Source: a virus (lineage: Duplodnaviria; Caudoviricetes). Taken from it: a stretch of 35,428 nucleotides of DNA. The notes under the pieces were generated by a model. It did not search any database and was not told the DNA's origin. It saw only the letters and a list, made by a program, of their open reading frames with translations. A program made the position numbers and the translations under genes. How positions within the stretch are numbered: position 1 is the stretch's first letter; every line of letters starts with the position of its first letter. The stretch spans positions 1 to 35,428 of the IMG/VR virus record IMGVR_UViG_3300032270_000610; one strand, given 5' to 3'. This document shows positions 6,408 to 15,415 of this stretch, in pieces.

Positions 6408-8323
6408 CCGTCGAGCAGCAAGAATTGGCCGGCCTCGGGCGGGTGATTTCAAAAACTTGGTCGCCTCCTCCAAAGTGGACGATCAGCGAATGGGCAGACC
6501 ACCGTCGCAAACTCAGCGGAGAGGCGGCAGCGGAGAAAGGGCAATGGCGAACGAACCGCGCCGAATACCAGCGTGGCATCATGGACGCCGTTGCCGATCC
6601 GACTATTGAGCAGGTTGTCGTGATGTCCTCGGCACAGGTGGGAAAAACGGAGGTGCTTCTGAACTGCATCGGCTACTTCGTGGACTTCGACCCCTCGCCC
6701 CTCATGCTCGTGCAGCCGGACGAGGCCATGGCAGAGACATTCAGCAAAGACCGACTCGCGCCGATGTTTCGAGACTCGCCAAGCCTCCGCTCGAAAGTGC
6801 GACCGGCGAAGACACGCGACTCAGGAAACACGATCCTGCACAAAAGATTCCCCGGCGGCCATGTCACGCTTGTGGGTGCGAACGCCCCCAGCGGCCTCGC
6901 CTCGCGCCCGATCCGCATCCTCCTGCTGGATGAGGTGGACCGATACCCCGCGAGCGCGGGAACCGAAGGCGATCCGGTGAACCTTGCCATGGCTCGAACA
7001 AAGAACTTCTGGAACCGGCGCGTGGTCATGGTCTCGAGCCCGGGCGTGAAAGGTCTCTCCCGCATCGAGCGAGCTTTCGAGATTTCCGACCAGCGGCATT
7101 TTCTTGTTCCGTGTCCGCATTGCCAACACGAACACCCGCTGCGGTGGGGGAATGTCGTATGGCAGGACGGACGCCGCGACCTCGCAACCCTCCGGTGTCC
7201 CGCCTGCAACGGCACGATCACCAACGCGCAGAAAAACCAAGCGGTCTCCCGTGGTCGGTGGCAGGCCAGCGCGGGACCGAGCCAGATCGCAGGCTTTCAC
7301 CTTAACGAACTTTACTCCCCCTGGCGCAGCATCGCAGACATCGCCATTGAGCACGGGCGAGCGAAAGACGACCCCTCAACCCTGCAAGTCTGGATTAACA
7401 CCTCGCTGGGCGAAACATGGGAAGAAGGAGGCGAACGCATCAGCGAGCATGCCCTCATCGAACGGTGCGAACCCTACCCGCAGGCCGATGTCCCCGCCCG
7501 TGGCCTTATCCTCACGGCGGGAGTCGATACCCAGCAAGACCGCCTCGAGGTCGAAGTGGTCGCGTGGGCAGGCGGCGAAGAAAGCTGGTCGGTGGCATAC
7601 CATGTCATTCTCGGCGACCCCGACATTCCCGAAGGAACGGCAGGCAGTCCGTGGACGCACCTCACCAACTACCTCCGCAAGCGCTGGACATCAGAGGCAG
7701 GCGGCGAAATGGTCATCGAAACCACCTGCATCGACACCGGCGGCTCGAACACCCAAGCCGTTTACGGCTATGTCAAACGCCACAAGGGAGATCGGGTTTA
7801 CGGCATCAAGGGCCAAGGCGGCCCCGGCTTGCCCATCGTCGGCAACCCAGCCCGCCGCAGAGCAGGAAAGAAAACCACACGCCCCATCGATGTCTACATT
7901 GTCGGAGTCGATTCGGCGAAATCCATTGTTTACAAGCGCCTCCGCATCACCGAACCCGGACCCGGCTATTGCCATTTCCCGCAGGGACGCAGCGCAGAGT
8001 ATTTCAGAGGGCTGACCGCAGAAAAGGCGATCACGAAATTCATCAAAGGATTCCCGCGCCTGGAGTGGCACAAGACATCCGGCGCACGGAACGAACCGCT
8101 CGACTGCCGGGTTTACGCATTCGCCGCGCTTGTGCTACGCGCTCCGCAGTTTGACAAGCTCGCCCTACGGAGGCGGCAGACCATGCCAACGGCCAAGCCC
8201 GCCGAGGCCGAAACGCCCCCTCCTGCGGAACTCCCCGCAGAAGACACCCCCCCACCTCACGCAGACACTGCCGGAAAACGCAGGCGCACCCAGCGCCGTG
8301 GCAGCTTCGTGAATTCATGGTGA
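6404..8323 (+). CDS. terL: Terminase large subunit, lambda gpA family
   Basis: SAQVGKTE Walker A, LLLDEVDRY Walker B, CPHC/CPAC zinc motif, GVDTQQDRLE nuclease motif, NEPLDCRVYA. Confidence 0.96.
   Translation: MTVEQQELAGLGRVISKTWSPPPKWTISEWADHRRKLSGEAAAEKGQWRTNRAEYQRGIMDAVADPTIEQVVVMSSAQVGKTEVLLNCIGYFVDFDPSPLMLVQPDEAMAETFSKDRLAPMFRDSPSLRSKVRPAKTRDSGNTILHKRFPGGHVTLVGANAPSGLASRPIRILLLDEVDRYPASAGTEGDPVNLAMARTKNFWNRRVVMVSSPGVKGLSRIERAFEISDQRHFLVPCPHCQHEHPLRWGNVVWQDGRRDLATLRCPACNGTITNAQKNQAVSRGRWQASAGPSQIAGFHLNELYSPWRSIADIAIEHGRAKDDPSTLQVWINTSLGETWEEGGERISEHALIERCEPYPQADVPARGLILTAGVDTQQDRLEVEVVAWAGGEESWSVAYHVILGDPDIPEGTAGSPWTHLTNYLRKRWTSEAGGEMVIETTCIDTGGSNTQAVYGYVKRHKGDRVYGIKGQGGPGLPIVGNPARRRAGKKTTRPIDVYIVGVDSAKSIVYKRLRITEPGPGYCHFPQGRSAEYFRGLTAEKAITKFIKGFPRLEWHKTSGARNEPLDCRVYAFAALVLRAPQFDKLALRRRQTMPTAKPAEAETPPPAELPAEDTPPPHADTAGKRRRTQRRGSFVNSW
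8227..8269 (+). promoter_or_regulatory. Late promoter motif, copy 1
   Basis: GGAActCCCCGCAGAAGACA, 17-nt spacer, GACACT; lies inside the terL 3' end, upstream of gpW and portal. Confidence 0.7.
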
Positions 8324-8814
8324 CAATAACGGCAGGCGAAACATTCGAGGTTACGGTATCGGCAGACCCCGCCGCGACCGTCCTTGTGCAATTCGCTGGA
8401 ATGCAATCGCGCAATGTCGCAGCCACAGGCACGGCAGGAACCTTTACCGCCGCCGCAGATACGACCGGATGGATTCCTGGGCATTACATCTGGGAGGCAT
8501 GGGCAACGGTCGCCGCACACCGCGCCCTTGTCGGAACAGGCGACCTCCTCATCCGCGAATCCGCGGCCACACTCGCCCCCGGTGCAGAGGTTCGCACGCA
8601 GGCCCGCATCGCCGTGGCGCACATCCAAGCCATGCTTGCAGGTGGCGCAACGCTTGAGGCGAAACGCTACAAAATAAACAACCGAGAGCTTGAGCGGCAC
8701 AGCATCGCCGAACTCCTTCAGCTCCTCTCATTCTGGCGGCGTGAGCTGTCCCGCGAGTCCCGCCTCTCATCCGGCATCTCGTGCATCGGCCAATCCATTT
8801 CCGTCCGCATCTAA
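8317..8814 (+). CDS. Head-tail joining protein (gpW-like) with N-terminal extension
   Basis: Between terL and portal; C-terminal YKINNRELERHSIAELLQLLSFWRREL is gpW-like. Confidence 0.7.
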   Translation: MVTITAGETFEVTVSADPAATVLVQFAGMQSRNVAATGTAGTFTAAADTTGWIPGHYIWEAWATVAAHRALVGTGDLLIRESAATLAPGAEVRTQARIAVAHIQAMLAGGATLEAKRYKINNRELERHSIAELLQLLSFWRRELSRESRLSSGISCIGQSISVRI

Positions 8815-8816
8815 CC

Positions 8817-10346
8817 ATGGGCCTCTTCGATCTATTTTCCCGCACCGCCACCACGAAGACGCCCGCGCCAAGCCGTGCCGACCAGCCTCGCCTCTGGTCG
8901 GCGCGGTCCATTCTTTCCGACACCATCGGCAGCTTCGCCACAGCCGGGATGCCACAAGCCGCCGGCGCAGGGCGCTTGGAATCAACCTGGGCAGGCACAC
9001 CGACCACGATTGACTCATGGATTTTCCATTACTGGTCTCGCATCGTCGCCCGTTCCCGTGAGCAGGCAGAGAACAACGACCACCTGAAGAAATTCCTCCA
9101 AATGGCTCGCGACAACATCGCAGGCCCCACCGGCTTCACATTCAACGCACAGATCCGCGACCCCAGCGGAACGATGGACACCGTAGCCAGCTCCGCCATC
9201 GAGGACGCTTTCGCCGATTGGAGCAAGCGCGGCAACTACGACATCACCGGCCAGCTCTCCCGCGCCGATGGCGAACGCCTGGCAGTGACCACAGCGGCTA
9301 TGGATGGCGAGGTCATTTGCATCAAGAAGTATGGCGAAGACCTCAACAAGTGGGGCTTCGCGGTGCAATTCATCGACCCCGTTTTGCTCAACCCTACGAA
9401 ATGGGAAAAGCTAAACAACGGCAATGTCATCCGCCACGGCATCGAGTTTAATCCGAACGGTCGCCCGGTGGCCTACCATTTCCGAAACTACGACGAAATG
9501 ATGATGGGCTACATCAATCACAACGGCGAAAGCTTCCAGCGAGTGCCAGCCGATCAGGTGATTCATCGTTTCCTGCCAGAGCGAGTCGGCCAAAAGCGAG
9601 GCCTCCCGTGGGCACGCACAGCCCTCTGGCGCATGCGCATGCTGGCGGGATTTGAAGACGCCGCCGTGGTCAACGCCCGTGTGAGCGCAAGCAAGATGGG
9701 CTTTTTCCGCAACCTCGACGGCGACAGCGACGACATCCTCGAAATGGACGCCGAGCCGGGCAAGTTCGAGGACATCGGAAACCGCGAGTTTATCCCCTAC
9801 ACGCCGCAATTTCCCGATCAAGCATTTGACCCCTTTTGCAAAGCCATGCTCCGGTCGATTTCCTCCGGCCTCGGTGTGAGCTACAACAACCTCGCCAGCG
9901 ACCTGACGAGCGTCAATTTTTCCAGCATTCGCCAAGGCGCACTCGACGAACGCGAAGTGTGGAAGGGCCTGCAAGAATGGCTCATCTCTGGCTTCGTCCT
10001 TCCGATCTACGAGTCATGGTTGGAACGCTCTCTACTCGCCAACAAAATCCTGATCGCTGGCAAGCCGCTCAAATTCGACCGACTGGAAAAATACAAGCAA
10101 GTCGCCTTCACCGGACGCCGGTGGGCATGGATCGACCCAAGCGCAGAAATGGCCGCGAACGAAAAAGCCATCTCGCAGAAGCTCAAATCCCGCAGCGAGA
10201 TCATCCGCGAGACATCGAACCGAGACCCAGAAGATGTCTGGAGCGAGATCGAGCGCGAGGAAGTGGAGCTTAAAAAACGCGGCATTGTCCCGCTCATCCC
10301 CGCAGGCGCAGCCGCCCCCGTGGCACAGCCCGACCCCCAGCCATGA
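8817..10346 (+). CDS. Portal protein, lambda family
   Basis: ARSREQAENN, DGEV, HGIEFNPNGRPVAYH, GQKRGLPW, NFSSIRQG, WIDP motifs. Confidence 0.95.
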   Translation: MGLFDLFSRTATTKTPAPSRADQPRLWSARSILSDTIGSFATAGMPQAAGAGRLESTWAGTPTTIDSWIFHYWSRIVARSREQAENNDHLKKFLQMARDNIAGPTGFTFNAQIRDPSGTMDTVASSAIEDAFADWSKRGNYDITGQLSRADGERLAVTTAAMDGEVICIKKYGEDLNKWGFAVQFIDPVLLNPTKWEKLNNGNVIRHGIEFNPNGRPVAYHFRNYDEMMMGYINHNGESFQRVPADQVIHRFLPERVGQKRGLPWARTALWRMRMLAGFEDAAVVNARVSASKMGFFRNLDGDSDDILEMDAEPGKFEDIGNREFIPYTPQFPDQAFDPFCKAMLRSISSGLGVSYNNLASDLTSVNFSSIRQGALDEREVWKGLQEWLISGFVLPIYESWLERSLLANKILIAGKPLKFDRLEKYKQVAFTGRRWAWIDPSAEMAANEKAISQKLKSRSEIIRETSNRDPEDVWSEIEREEVELKKRGIVPLIPAGAAAPVAQPDPQP

Positions 10347-10687
10347 GCCAGCCTTTCGACATCAACATTGCAGCAGGCGAGTCATTCTTTTTCGAGGTCA
10401 CGTTAAAAGACTCTACCTTGCCAAACGCCCTGCCAGTAAACCTGACAGATTTCACGGCATCCGGCCAACTCCGAGAAGACTGGGACAAGCCACTCCTCGC
10501 CAATTTCACCGTCACATTTCCTTTGCCTCGCACGAGCGGCAAAGTGCGCGTGGTTCTATCGGACGAACAGACACGCGCCCTGCCAGTGACACGCGCCCGT
10601 TACGACATTTTCATAAGCGACCCATACGGCAACAGCCGGAAACTCCTCGAAGGCATTGCCACCATAAGCCGCTCCATCACCAGATAA
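10343..10687 (+). CDS. Ig-like/BppU-N-like virion adaptor protein
   Basis: INIAAGESF..VNLTDFTASGQLR...GKVRVVLSDEQT...YDIFI...LLEG is a beta-sandwich pattern common in phage adaptor proteins. Confidence 0.6.
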   Translation: MSQPFDINIAAGESFFFEVTLKDSTLPNALPVNLTDFTASGQLREDWDKPLLANFTVTFPLPRTSGKVRVVLSDEQTRALPVTRARYDIFISDPYGNSRKLLEGIATISRSITR

Positions 10688-10691
10688 AACC

Positions 10692-11432
10692 ATGGCCTCC
10701 GTTGACATCACTCTAGTTCCAAACACTCAACTCGTCGTCACCCCCGGCATCGCCATGCCAATCGGCGCAGGAGCGCAAGGCCCCGCCGGAACGGTAGCCA
10801 TCGGAAGCGTCTCGCAACTCGCCACAGGCACAGCGCCCACCGTGACCAATGTCGGAAGCCCCACGAATGCCGTTCTCAATTTCGGCATCCCCCTCGGAGC
10901 GCAAGGCCCCGGCGGCACGATAGCCGTTGGCGCAGTGCAGACTGTGGCAGGGAACCAACCCGCCACCGTTGCCAATGTCGGCACGCCACAAAATGCCGTC
11001 TTGAATTTTGCCCTTCCTCGCGGCCTCTCCTCGACCATCGCAGTTGGCACGGTCTTCATGCTACCAGCAGGCGCAACGCCCACGATTGCTAATGTCGGCA
11101 CGCAGGAAAACGCCGTTCTAAATTTTGGAATACCAGAACCAGCGCCCGGCCCGAAAGGCGATGCAGGTGAGCGAGGCCCCGCCTTTGTTTACGGCGCGAT
11201 CTCATTCATCTCGGATGTCAGCGACGATCACTTGACGCACTGGATCGGTCGCGCCTCCGCAGGAACGGGAACCGATCAACCAGCATGGACGATCACCCGC
11301 AGCGTATTCACCCGCAGCGGCGAACTCGTCAGTCGAGGCGTAGCTGCAAACGCAGTCTGGGACACCCGTGAGACAGCCACCTACATCGCTGGAGTCGTCT
11401 CCACCAGCGAGATCGACGCAGGGTTTTTCTAA
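10692..11432 (+). CDS. Accessory virion fibre protein with short collagen-like and repeated beta units
   Basis: Three repeats of T(I/V)A(I/V)G.V......(P/A)TV.NVG(T/S)..NAVLNF, GxxGxxG triplets, and C-terminal IDAGFF. Confidence 0.7.
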   Translation: MASVDITLVPNTQLVVTPGIAMPIGAGAQGPAGTVAIGSVSQLATGTAPTVTNVGSPTNAVLNFGIPLGAQGPGGTIAVGAVQTVAGNQPATVANVGTPQNAVLNFALPRGLSSTIAVGTVFMLPAGATPTIANVGTQENAVLNFGIPEPAPGPKGDAGERGPAFVYGAISFISDVSDDHLTHWIGRASAGTGTDQPAWTITRSVFTRSGELVSRGVAANAVWDTRETATYIAGVVSTSEIDAGFF

Positions 11433-11536
11433 AAATTTCCCGTCACGCCTCTGGCCTGCCATGCGCATCTTGACAGTCTGAATCGACAGATGAGGCCCAA
11501 GGACGCTTGGGCGTAGGGTTCTCTCCACTTCTCCCC

Positions 11537-11563
11537 CTCCGTGTCCTCCGTGCTCTCCGTGGT
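11537..11563. repeat. 9-bp tandem repeat (CTCCGTGNN x3), copy 1
   Basis: CTCCGTGTC CTCCGTGCT CTCCGTGGT. Confidence 0.8.
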
Positions 11564-11574
11564 GAAACACGCAC

Positions 11575-11616
11575 GGAACGCCCCGCAGAAGACACGAATT
11601 TTCGCAGCGGCAAAAT
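11575..11616 (+). promoter_or_regulatory. Late promoter motif, copy 2
   Basis: GGAAcgCCCCGCAGAAGACA, 16-nt spacer, CAAAAT. Confidence 0.72.
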
Positions 11617-11670
11617 AGCGCCCGTCCACCACGGACACCGCAACCACAACCACCACACCACAAAAAAATC

Positions 11671-12420
11671 ATGTCTGTCCCAATTCGCATTCGCCGCCGT
11701 CAATCCGGTTCCGCAGGAGCACCCGGAGTCCTCAAATCAGCCGAACTCGCCTTCAACGAAGTTGATGGAATCCTTTACTACGGTAAAGGTGCCGACGCTT
11801 CTGGCAACGCAACACAAATCGTTGGCATCGGCGGCAACGCCTCCAGCAGCTACGCTGACGGCATCGTCGCAACAGAGCAAGCCGCACGCATCGCCGCTGA
11901 CGCAGCAGAAGAGACCCGCGCCCTCGCCGCTGAATCCGCATTGAGCACACGGGTGACCACTGAGAAAAATCGCGTTGATGCGATCCTTTCCGCTTCACAG
12001 GCCGATAAAGACAGCTTCGCCGAGATCGTAACTTTGATCAATTCGGTGGACCTGACGAACGACAACGCGCTCGCAGCCGCCGTCCTCTCGATCAACAACT
12101 CGGTTGACGCAGAGGCCACCCGCGCCACTGGCGAAGAGAACACGATCAAATCGGCAGCGACCGCGCTCACGACCCGTGTGAGCAGCGCAGAAAGCAGCAT
12201 CACAGCTCTGCAATCCCGCGCCACCACCATCGAAGGTGCAGCGACATCGCTTACGAGCCGAGTCACATCAGCCGAGAGCGCAGCGACCGCACTCACCAGC
12301 CGGGTTTCCGCAGCAGAGAGCGCAGCCACCAGCGAGGCCAGCACACGCCTCTCAGCCGATAACGCATTGTCCGCCCGCATCCTTGTTCTCGAGACTGAGA
12401 TCGACGGCGGCACGTTCTAA
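11671..12420 (+). CDS. Coiled-coil fibre protein with Mtd-N-like N-terminal domain
   Basis: IRIRRR...APGVLKSAELAFNEVDGILYYGKG, long alanine-rich heptad repeats, C-terminal IDGGTF. Confidence 0.75.
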   Translation: MSVPIRIRRRQSGSAGAPGVLKSAELAFNEVDGILYYGKGADASGNATQIVGIGGNASSSYADGIVATEQAARIAADAAEETRALAAESALSTRVTTEKNRVDAILSASQADKDSFAEIVTLINSVDLTNDNALAAAVLSINNSVDAEATRATGEENTIKSAATALTTRVSSAESSITALQSRATTIEGAATSLTSRVTSAESAATALTSRVSAAESAATSEASTRLSADNALSARILVLETEIDGGTF

Positions 12421-12500
12421 GCAAACGGCCCAATCGGGGCCGGTCAACCTCGTGACCATTCATGACGACCGGCCTCTTAAAATCTTCCGAGTCCATACTC

Positions 12501-12875
12501 ATGCCAGTTCCAATTAAGCCTAAAAAAACCGTCGTGCCGGGTCGCATCCCCAGCACGGCGGATTTATCGCTTGGCGAGGTCTGCATTAACTACGCCGACC
12601 GCAAAATCTACGGACGCCACCCGCAATCCGGCGCAGTCATCCAACTGACCGCCACCCCCCGCAACGAAATCCCCGCCATTCTCGTCCACGCCGTAGACGG
12701 AGCAAACCTCTACATCGGCCGCCTTGAGTGGGACGACTACCCCGCCACAGGCGAACCAGACGACTCTCCTGCCTGGACAATTTACCGCATCACCACCAAC
12801 TCCGCAGGCGATGTTGTCGCGGAGCAATCCGCCACCGGCGCGTGGTCGAACAAAGAATCTCTCACCTACTCATAA
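12501..12875 (+). CDS. Small virion protein (Mtd-N-like domain plus shared C-terminal module)
   Basis: IKPKKTVVPGRIPSTADLSLGEVCINYADRKIY, then YIGR...WTIYR...GAWSNKESLTY. Confidence 0.7.
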   Translation: MPVPIKPKKTVVPGRIPSTADLSLGEVCINYADRKIYGRHPQSGAVIQLTATPRNEIPAILVHAVDGANLYIGRLEWDDYPATGEPDDSPAWTIYRITTNSAGDVVAEQSATGAWSNKESLTYS

Positions 12876-12878
12876 AAC

Positions 12879-13511
12879 ATGATCGCAACATCCACAGGCA
12901 GACCACTCATGCCGACCAGCCGACTGCTCGGTCGCACAACATCCGGCACCGGTCCGGCAGAAGATATTACCATTGGCTCTGGGCTTTCCCTTTCCACCAA
13001 CACCCTTTCTGTCACAGGTGGTGGATCGACGAATGTATGGATTCCAGCAAGCGCATGGATTCCCCGCACTACAAACGGCTGTGGAATTGACTCCCGCGAA
13101 CTTGCCACCAACCGCACAAACTACGACGAACTGCTGTTCGATCCTGCAACGAACGAATTTGCACAGGCTTTAACCATTCTGCCAAACAACTACAACCTTT
13201 CCACTATTACCGCTCGCTTTTACTGGACGGCAGCCACTGGTAGCGGAGCAGTGATTTGGGGCTTGCAAGGGAGCGCGTATGCTGACGATGACACGCTTGA
13301 CACAGCTTTTGGCACGGCCCAAACAGTCACCGACACGCTCCTTGCAGCCAATGACATGCATGTGACCTCCGCAACGAGCGCCATGACCATTGCCGGAACC
13401 CCAGCAGCCAACCGCCCAATCCTCTTCCAACTCTACCGCGACGCTGCCGCAGCCGGAGACACCTTTGGGTCAGACGCTCGCCTCCTCGGCGTGGAAATCC
13501 TCTTCAACTAA
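12879..13511 (+). CDS. Virion structural/fibre protein
   Basis: LLGRTTSGTGPAEDITIGSGLSLS fibre motif followed by a beta-rich domain. Confidence 0.65.
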   Translation: MIATSTGRPLMPTSRLLGRTTSGTGPAEDITIGSGLSLSTNTLSVTGGGSTNVWIPASAWIPRTTNGCGIDSRELATNRTNYDELLFDPATNEFAQALTILPNNYNLSTITARFYWTAATGSGAVIWGLQGSAYADDDTLDTAFGTAQTVTDTLLAANDMHVTSATSAMTIAGTPAANRPILFQLYRDAAAAGDTFGSDARLLGVEILFN

Positions 13512-14197
13512 TGAGAGCGCGGCAACGACATCTCAAGCCAAAATCGATTGGAGCGATGGTTTCATTAGATAGTCGCTACATCAACCAATCAAATAATAGC
13601 GCGATTTCTTCGTGGGGTGACAATAGCGGAAATTCAAATAACGCAACGCAAGCAACTAGCGTAAATCGACCACTTTATTTTACAAGCATCCTAGGCGGAA
13701 ATGGCGTTGTTCGGTTTAACGGAATTAACGATTTTCTTGAGACGCCAACAATTACAAAAAGTCAACCATATACTGTTTTCATTATAACATTTCCAAGGCA
13801 ATATAAGGCAGGAGGTTATAATTCGTTTTTTGAAGACACTAGCTTAGGATGCACTCCGTTTATCGGCCCAAGCGGAGGCGTTTCAAAATATGGGATTTAT
13901 GCTGGAGTTGATTTATTTCACGGAAGCAACTCATCCTTAAACACATGGTTCCTGCAAAGCGCCGTAGTTAATTCCACTAGCTCAAATGTAACAATAAACG
14001 GATCAGGAACTAACACAGGAAACGCGGGGACGCGCAATCTTAATGGAAAATTTCAAATTGGAAGAAACTGGACTACACAACTCTATTTTGATAACGACAC
14101 GGCCCTTTGCCTTTTATGTGAAACCGCTTTTTCTAACGCGCTACGCAAGCGGATAGAAAAATCCGCCGCTTTTTCCTTCAAACTCGCATGTTCTTAA
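13511..14197 (+). CDS. LamG/concanavalin-like lectin-fold protein, possible receptor binder
   Basis: ISSWGDNSGNSNNATQ...RP...VRFNGINDFL motif; Asn/Ser-rich; DNA visibly more AT-rich than its neighbours. Confidence 0.65.
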   Translation: MRARQRHLKPKSIGAMVSLDSRYINQSNNSAISSWGDNSGNSNNATQATSVNRPLYFTSILGGNGVVRFNGINDFLETPTITKSQPYTVFIITFPRQYKAGGYNSFFEDTSLGCTPFIGPSGGVSKYGIYAGVDLFHGSNSSLNTWFLQSAVVNSTSSNVTINGSGTNTGNAGTRNLNGKFQIGRNWTTQLYFDNDTALCLLCETAFSNALRKRIEKSAAFSFKLACS

Positions 14198-14200
14198 AAT

Positions 14201-14566
14201 ATGAAAACGTATCTCCGCTACGACAAGCAAACTCGCACAGAAACCGACCCAGTAGTCATTGACAACCTTGTCCGAAAGGGCTGGGAAGTTTACACGCCTG
14301 AGCCAGAGCTGGTTATTCCGCCAACCTACACCGCCGAAGAGTGGACTGCCCAGCAAGGCTACGGCGGCAACCGCCCCACCACGCTCCTCTATCAAAAGCT
14401 GCGCCTCGACGCATCCGCGAAATCCTCTCCAAAGCTCAACGCTGTCCAAGCATGGCTCGACGGCATGATCGCCCTCGGCCTTGCCCCCGCCGCCAGCAAC
14501 TGGCCCGCAGCACCGCACAGCTTTGAGGCAACGCTCACCGAAACGCTCACCATTTTAAACTCCTAA
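14201..14566 (+). CDS. Hypothetical protein (possible fibre chaperone)
   Basis: 121-aa ORF directly after the lectin-like gene. Confidence 0.6.
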   Translation: MKTYLRYDKQTRTETDPVVIDNLVRKGWEVYTPEPELVIPPTYTAEEWTAQQGYGGNRPTTLLYQKLRLDASAKSSPKLNAVQAWLDGMIALGLAPAASNWPAAPHSFEATLTETLTILNS

Positions 14567-14570
14567 AACC

Positions 14571-15272
14571 ATGGCAAACGAACTGAACATCGCACTATCC
14601 ACCGGCCTCACCGTCACCGCTCAACGCTACCAATCCGGCGCAGCCGTAGGCTCTGCCATTTCATGCCCCGAAACCGGATCAACTGGGTTTTACAGCGGCA
14701 ACATGACCGGCACAGCAGGCACATACCAAGTCGCCTTCCTCGCCGCAGGAGCCAATGTCGGCAGCGGCAGCATCGTGTGGAGCGGCAGCGCCGAAGTGCC
14801 AGCCAGCACATTCAACCCAGCGACTGACACCGTGGCAACCGTCACCACTCTGACCAACGCACCAACGGTCCCAACCGCCGCCGCCATCGCTTCTCAGGTG
14901 CGAACCGAGCTTTCGGTTGAGCTTGGCAGAGTGGATCAGTCCATCAGTTCGCGCCTTGCGGCATCGGCCTACACAGCGCCAGCAAACAGCGACATTGCCG
15001 CAGTGAAAGCAAAAACGGACAATCTGCCAGCAAGCCCGGCAGCCGTCAGCGACATACCAAGCGCGAACATCGCAGCCATCAAAGCAAAAACCGACGCGCT
15101 CCCAGCCTCGCCAGCAGCAACCGGAGACATCCCTACCGAGTCGGAAATTGCAGATGCAGTTTGGAGCAAGCCGACAACGGAATTAACCGTCACCGGCAGC
15201 ATTGGCGAACGCGCAAAAAATCAAAGCACAGTCTCAACGACCGGCGCTCAACTCGCCGCCGCACTCTCGTAA
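14571..15272 (+). CDS. Virion structural protein with internal repeats
   Basis: Repeated IAA(V/I)KAKTD(N/A)LPASPAA..DIP and IADAVW motifs. Confidence 0.65.
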   Translation: MANELNIALSTGLTVTAQRYQSGAAVGSAISCPETGSTGFYSGNMTGTAGTYQVAFLAAGANVGSGSIVWSGSAEVPASTFNPATDTVATVTTLTNAPTVPTAAAIASQVRTELSVELGRVDQSISSRLAASAYTAPANSDIAAVKAKTDNLPASPAAVSDIPSANIAAIKAKTDALPASPAATGDIPTESEIADAVWSKPTTELTVTGSIGERAKNQSTVSTTGAQLAAALS

Positions 15273-15288
15273 GTTTGGTTTGTTGTTT

Positions 15289-15322
15289 CCCGGCGTGGGA
15301 CAAAACCCACGCCGGGTTTTTT
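15289..15322 (+). terminator. Intrinsic terminator
   Basis: CCCGGCGTGGG-acaaaa-CCCACGCCGGG followed by T6. Confidence 0.88.
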
Positions 15323-15326
15323 GTGT

Positions 15327-15353
15327 CTCCGTGGACTCTGTGTCCTCCGTGGT
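15327..15353. repeat. 9-bp tandem repeat, copy 2
   Basis: CTCCGTGGA CTCTGTGTC CTCCGTGGT. Confidence 0.8.
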
Positions 15354-15363
15354 CAATCTCCAC

Positions 15364-15405
15364 GGAACGCCCCGCAGAAGACAGCCCGCCTCCCGCTGGC
15401 AAAAT
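15364..15405 (+). promoter_or_regulatory. Late promoter motif, copy 3
   Basis: GGAAcgCCCCGCAGAAGACA, 16-nt spacer, CAAAAT, ending 10 nt before the capsid gene ATG. Confidence 0.75.
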
Positions 15406-15415
15406 TCGCGCACAC

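Noticed and set aside
11671-12875. Diversity-generating retroelement suggested by Mtd-N-like domains
   Set aside because: No reverse transcriptase and no template/variable repeat pair differing at adenines was seen.
15161-15415. Long N-terminal extension of the capsid ORF in the track
   Set aside because: It overlaps the previous gene, a terminator and the promoter; ATG 15416 is the plausible start. The same reasoning applies to the extended starts at 8781, 19866, 20698, 25965, 26496 and 28115.
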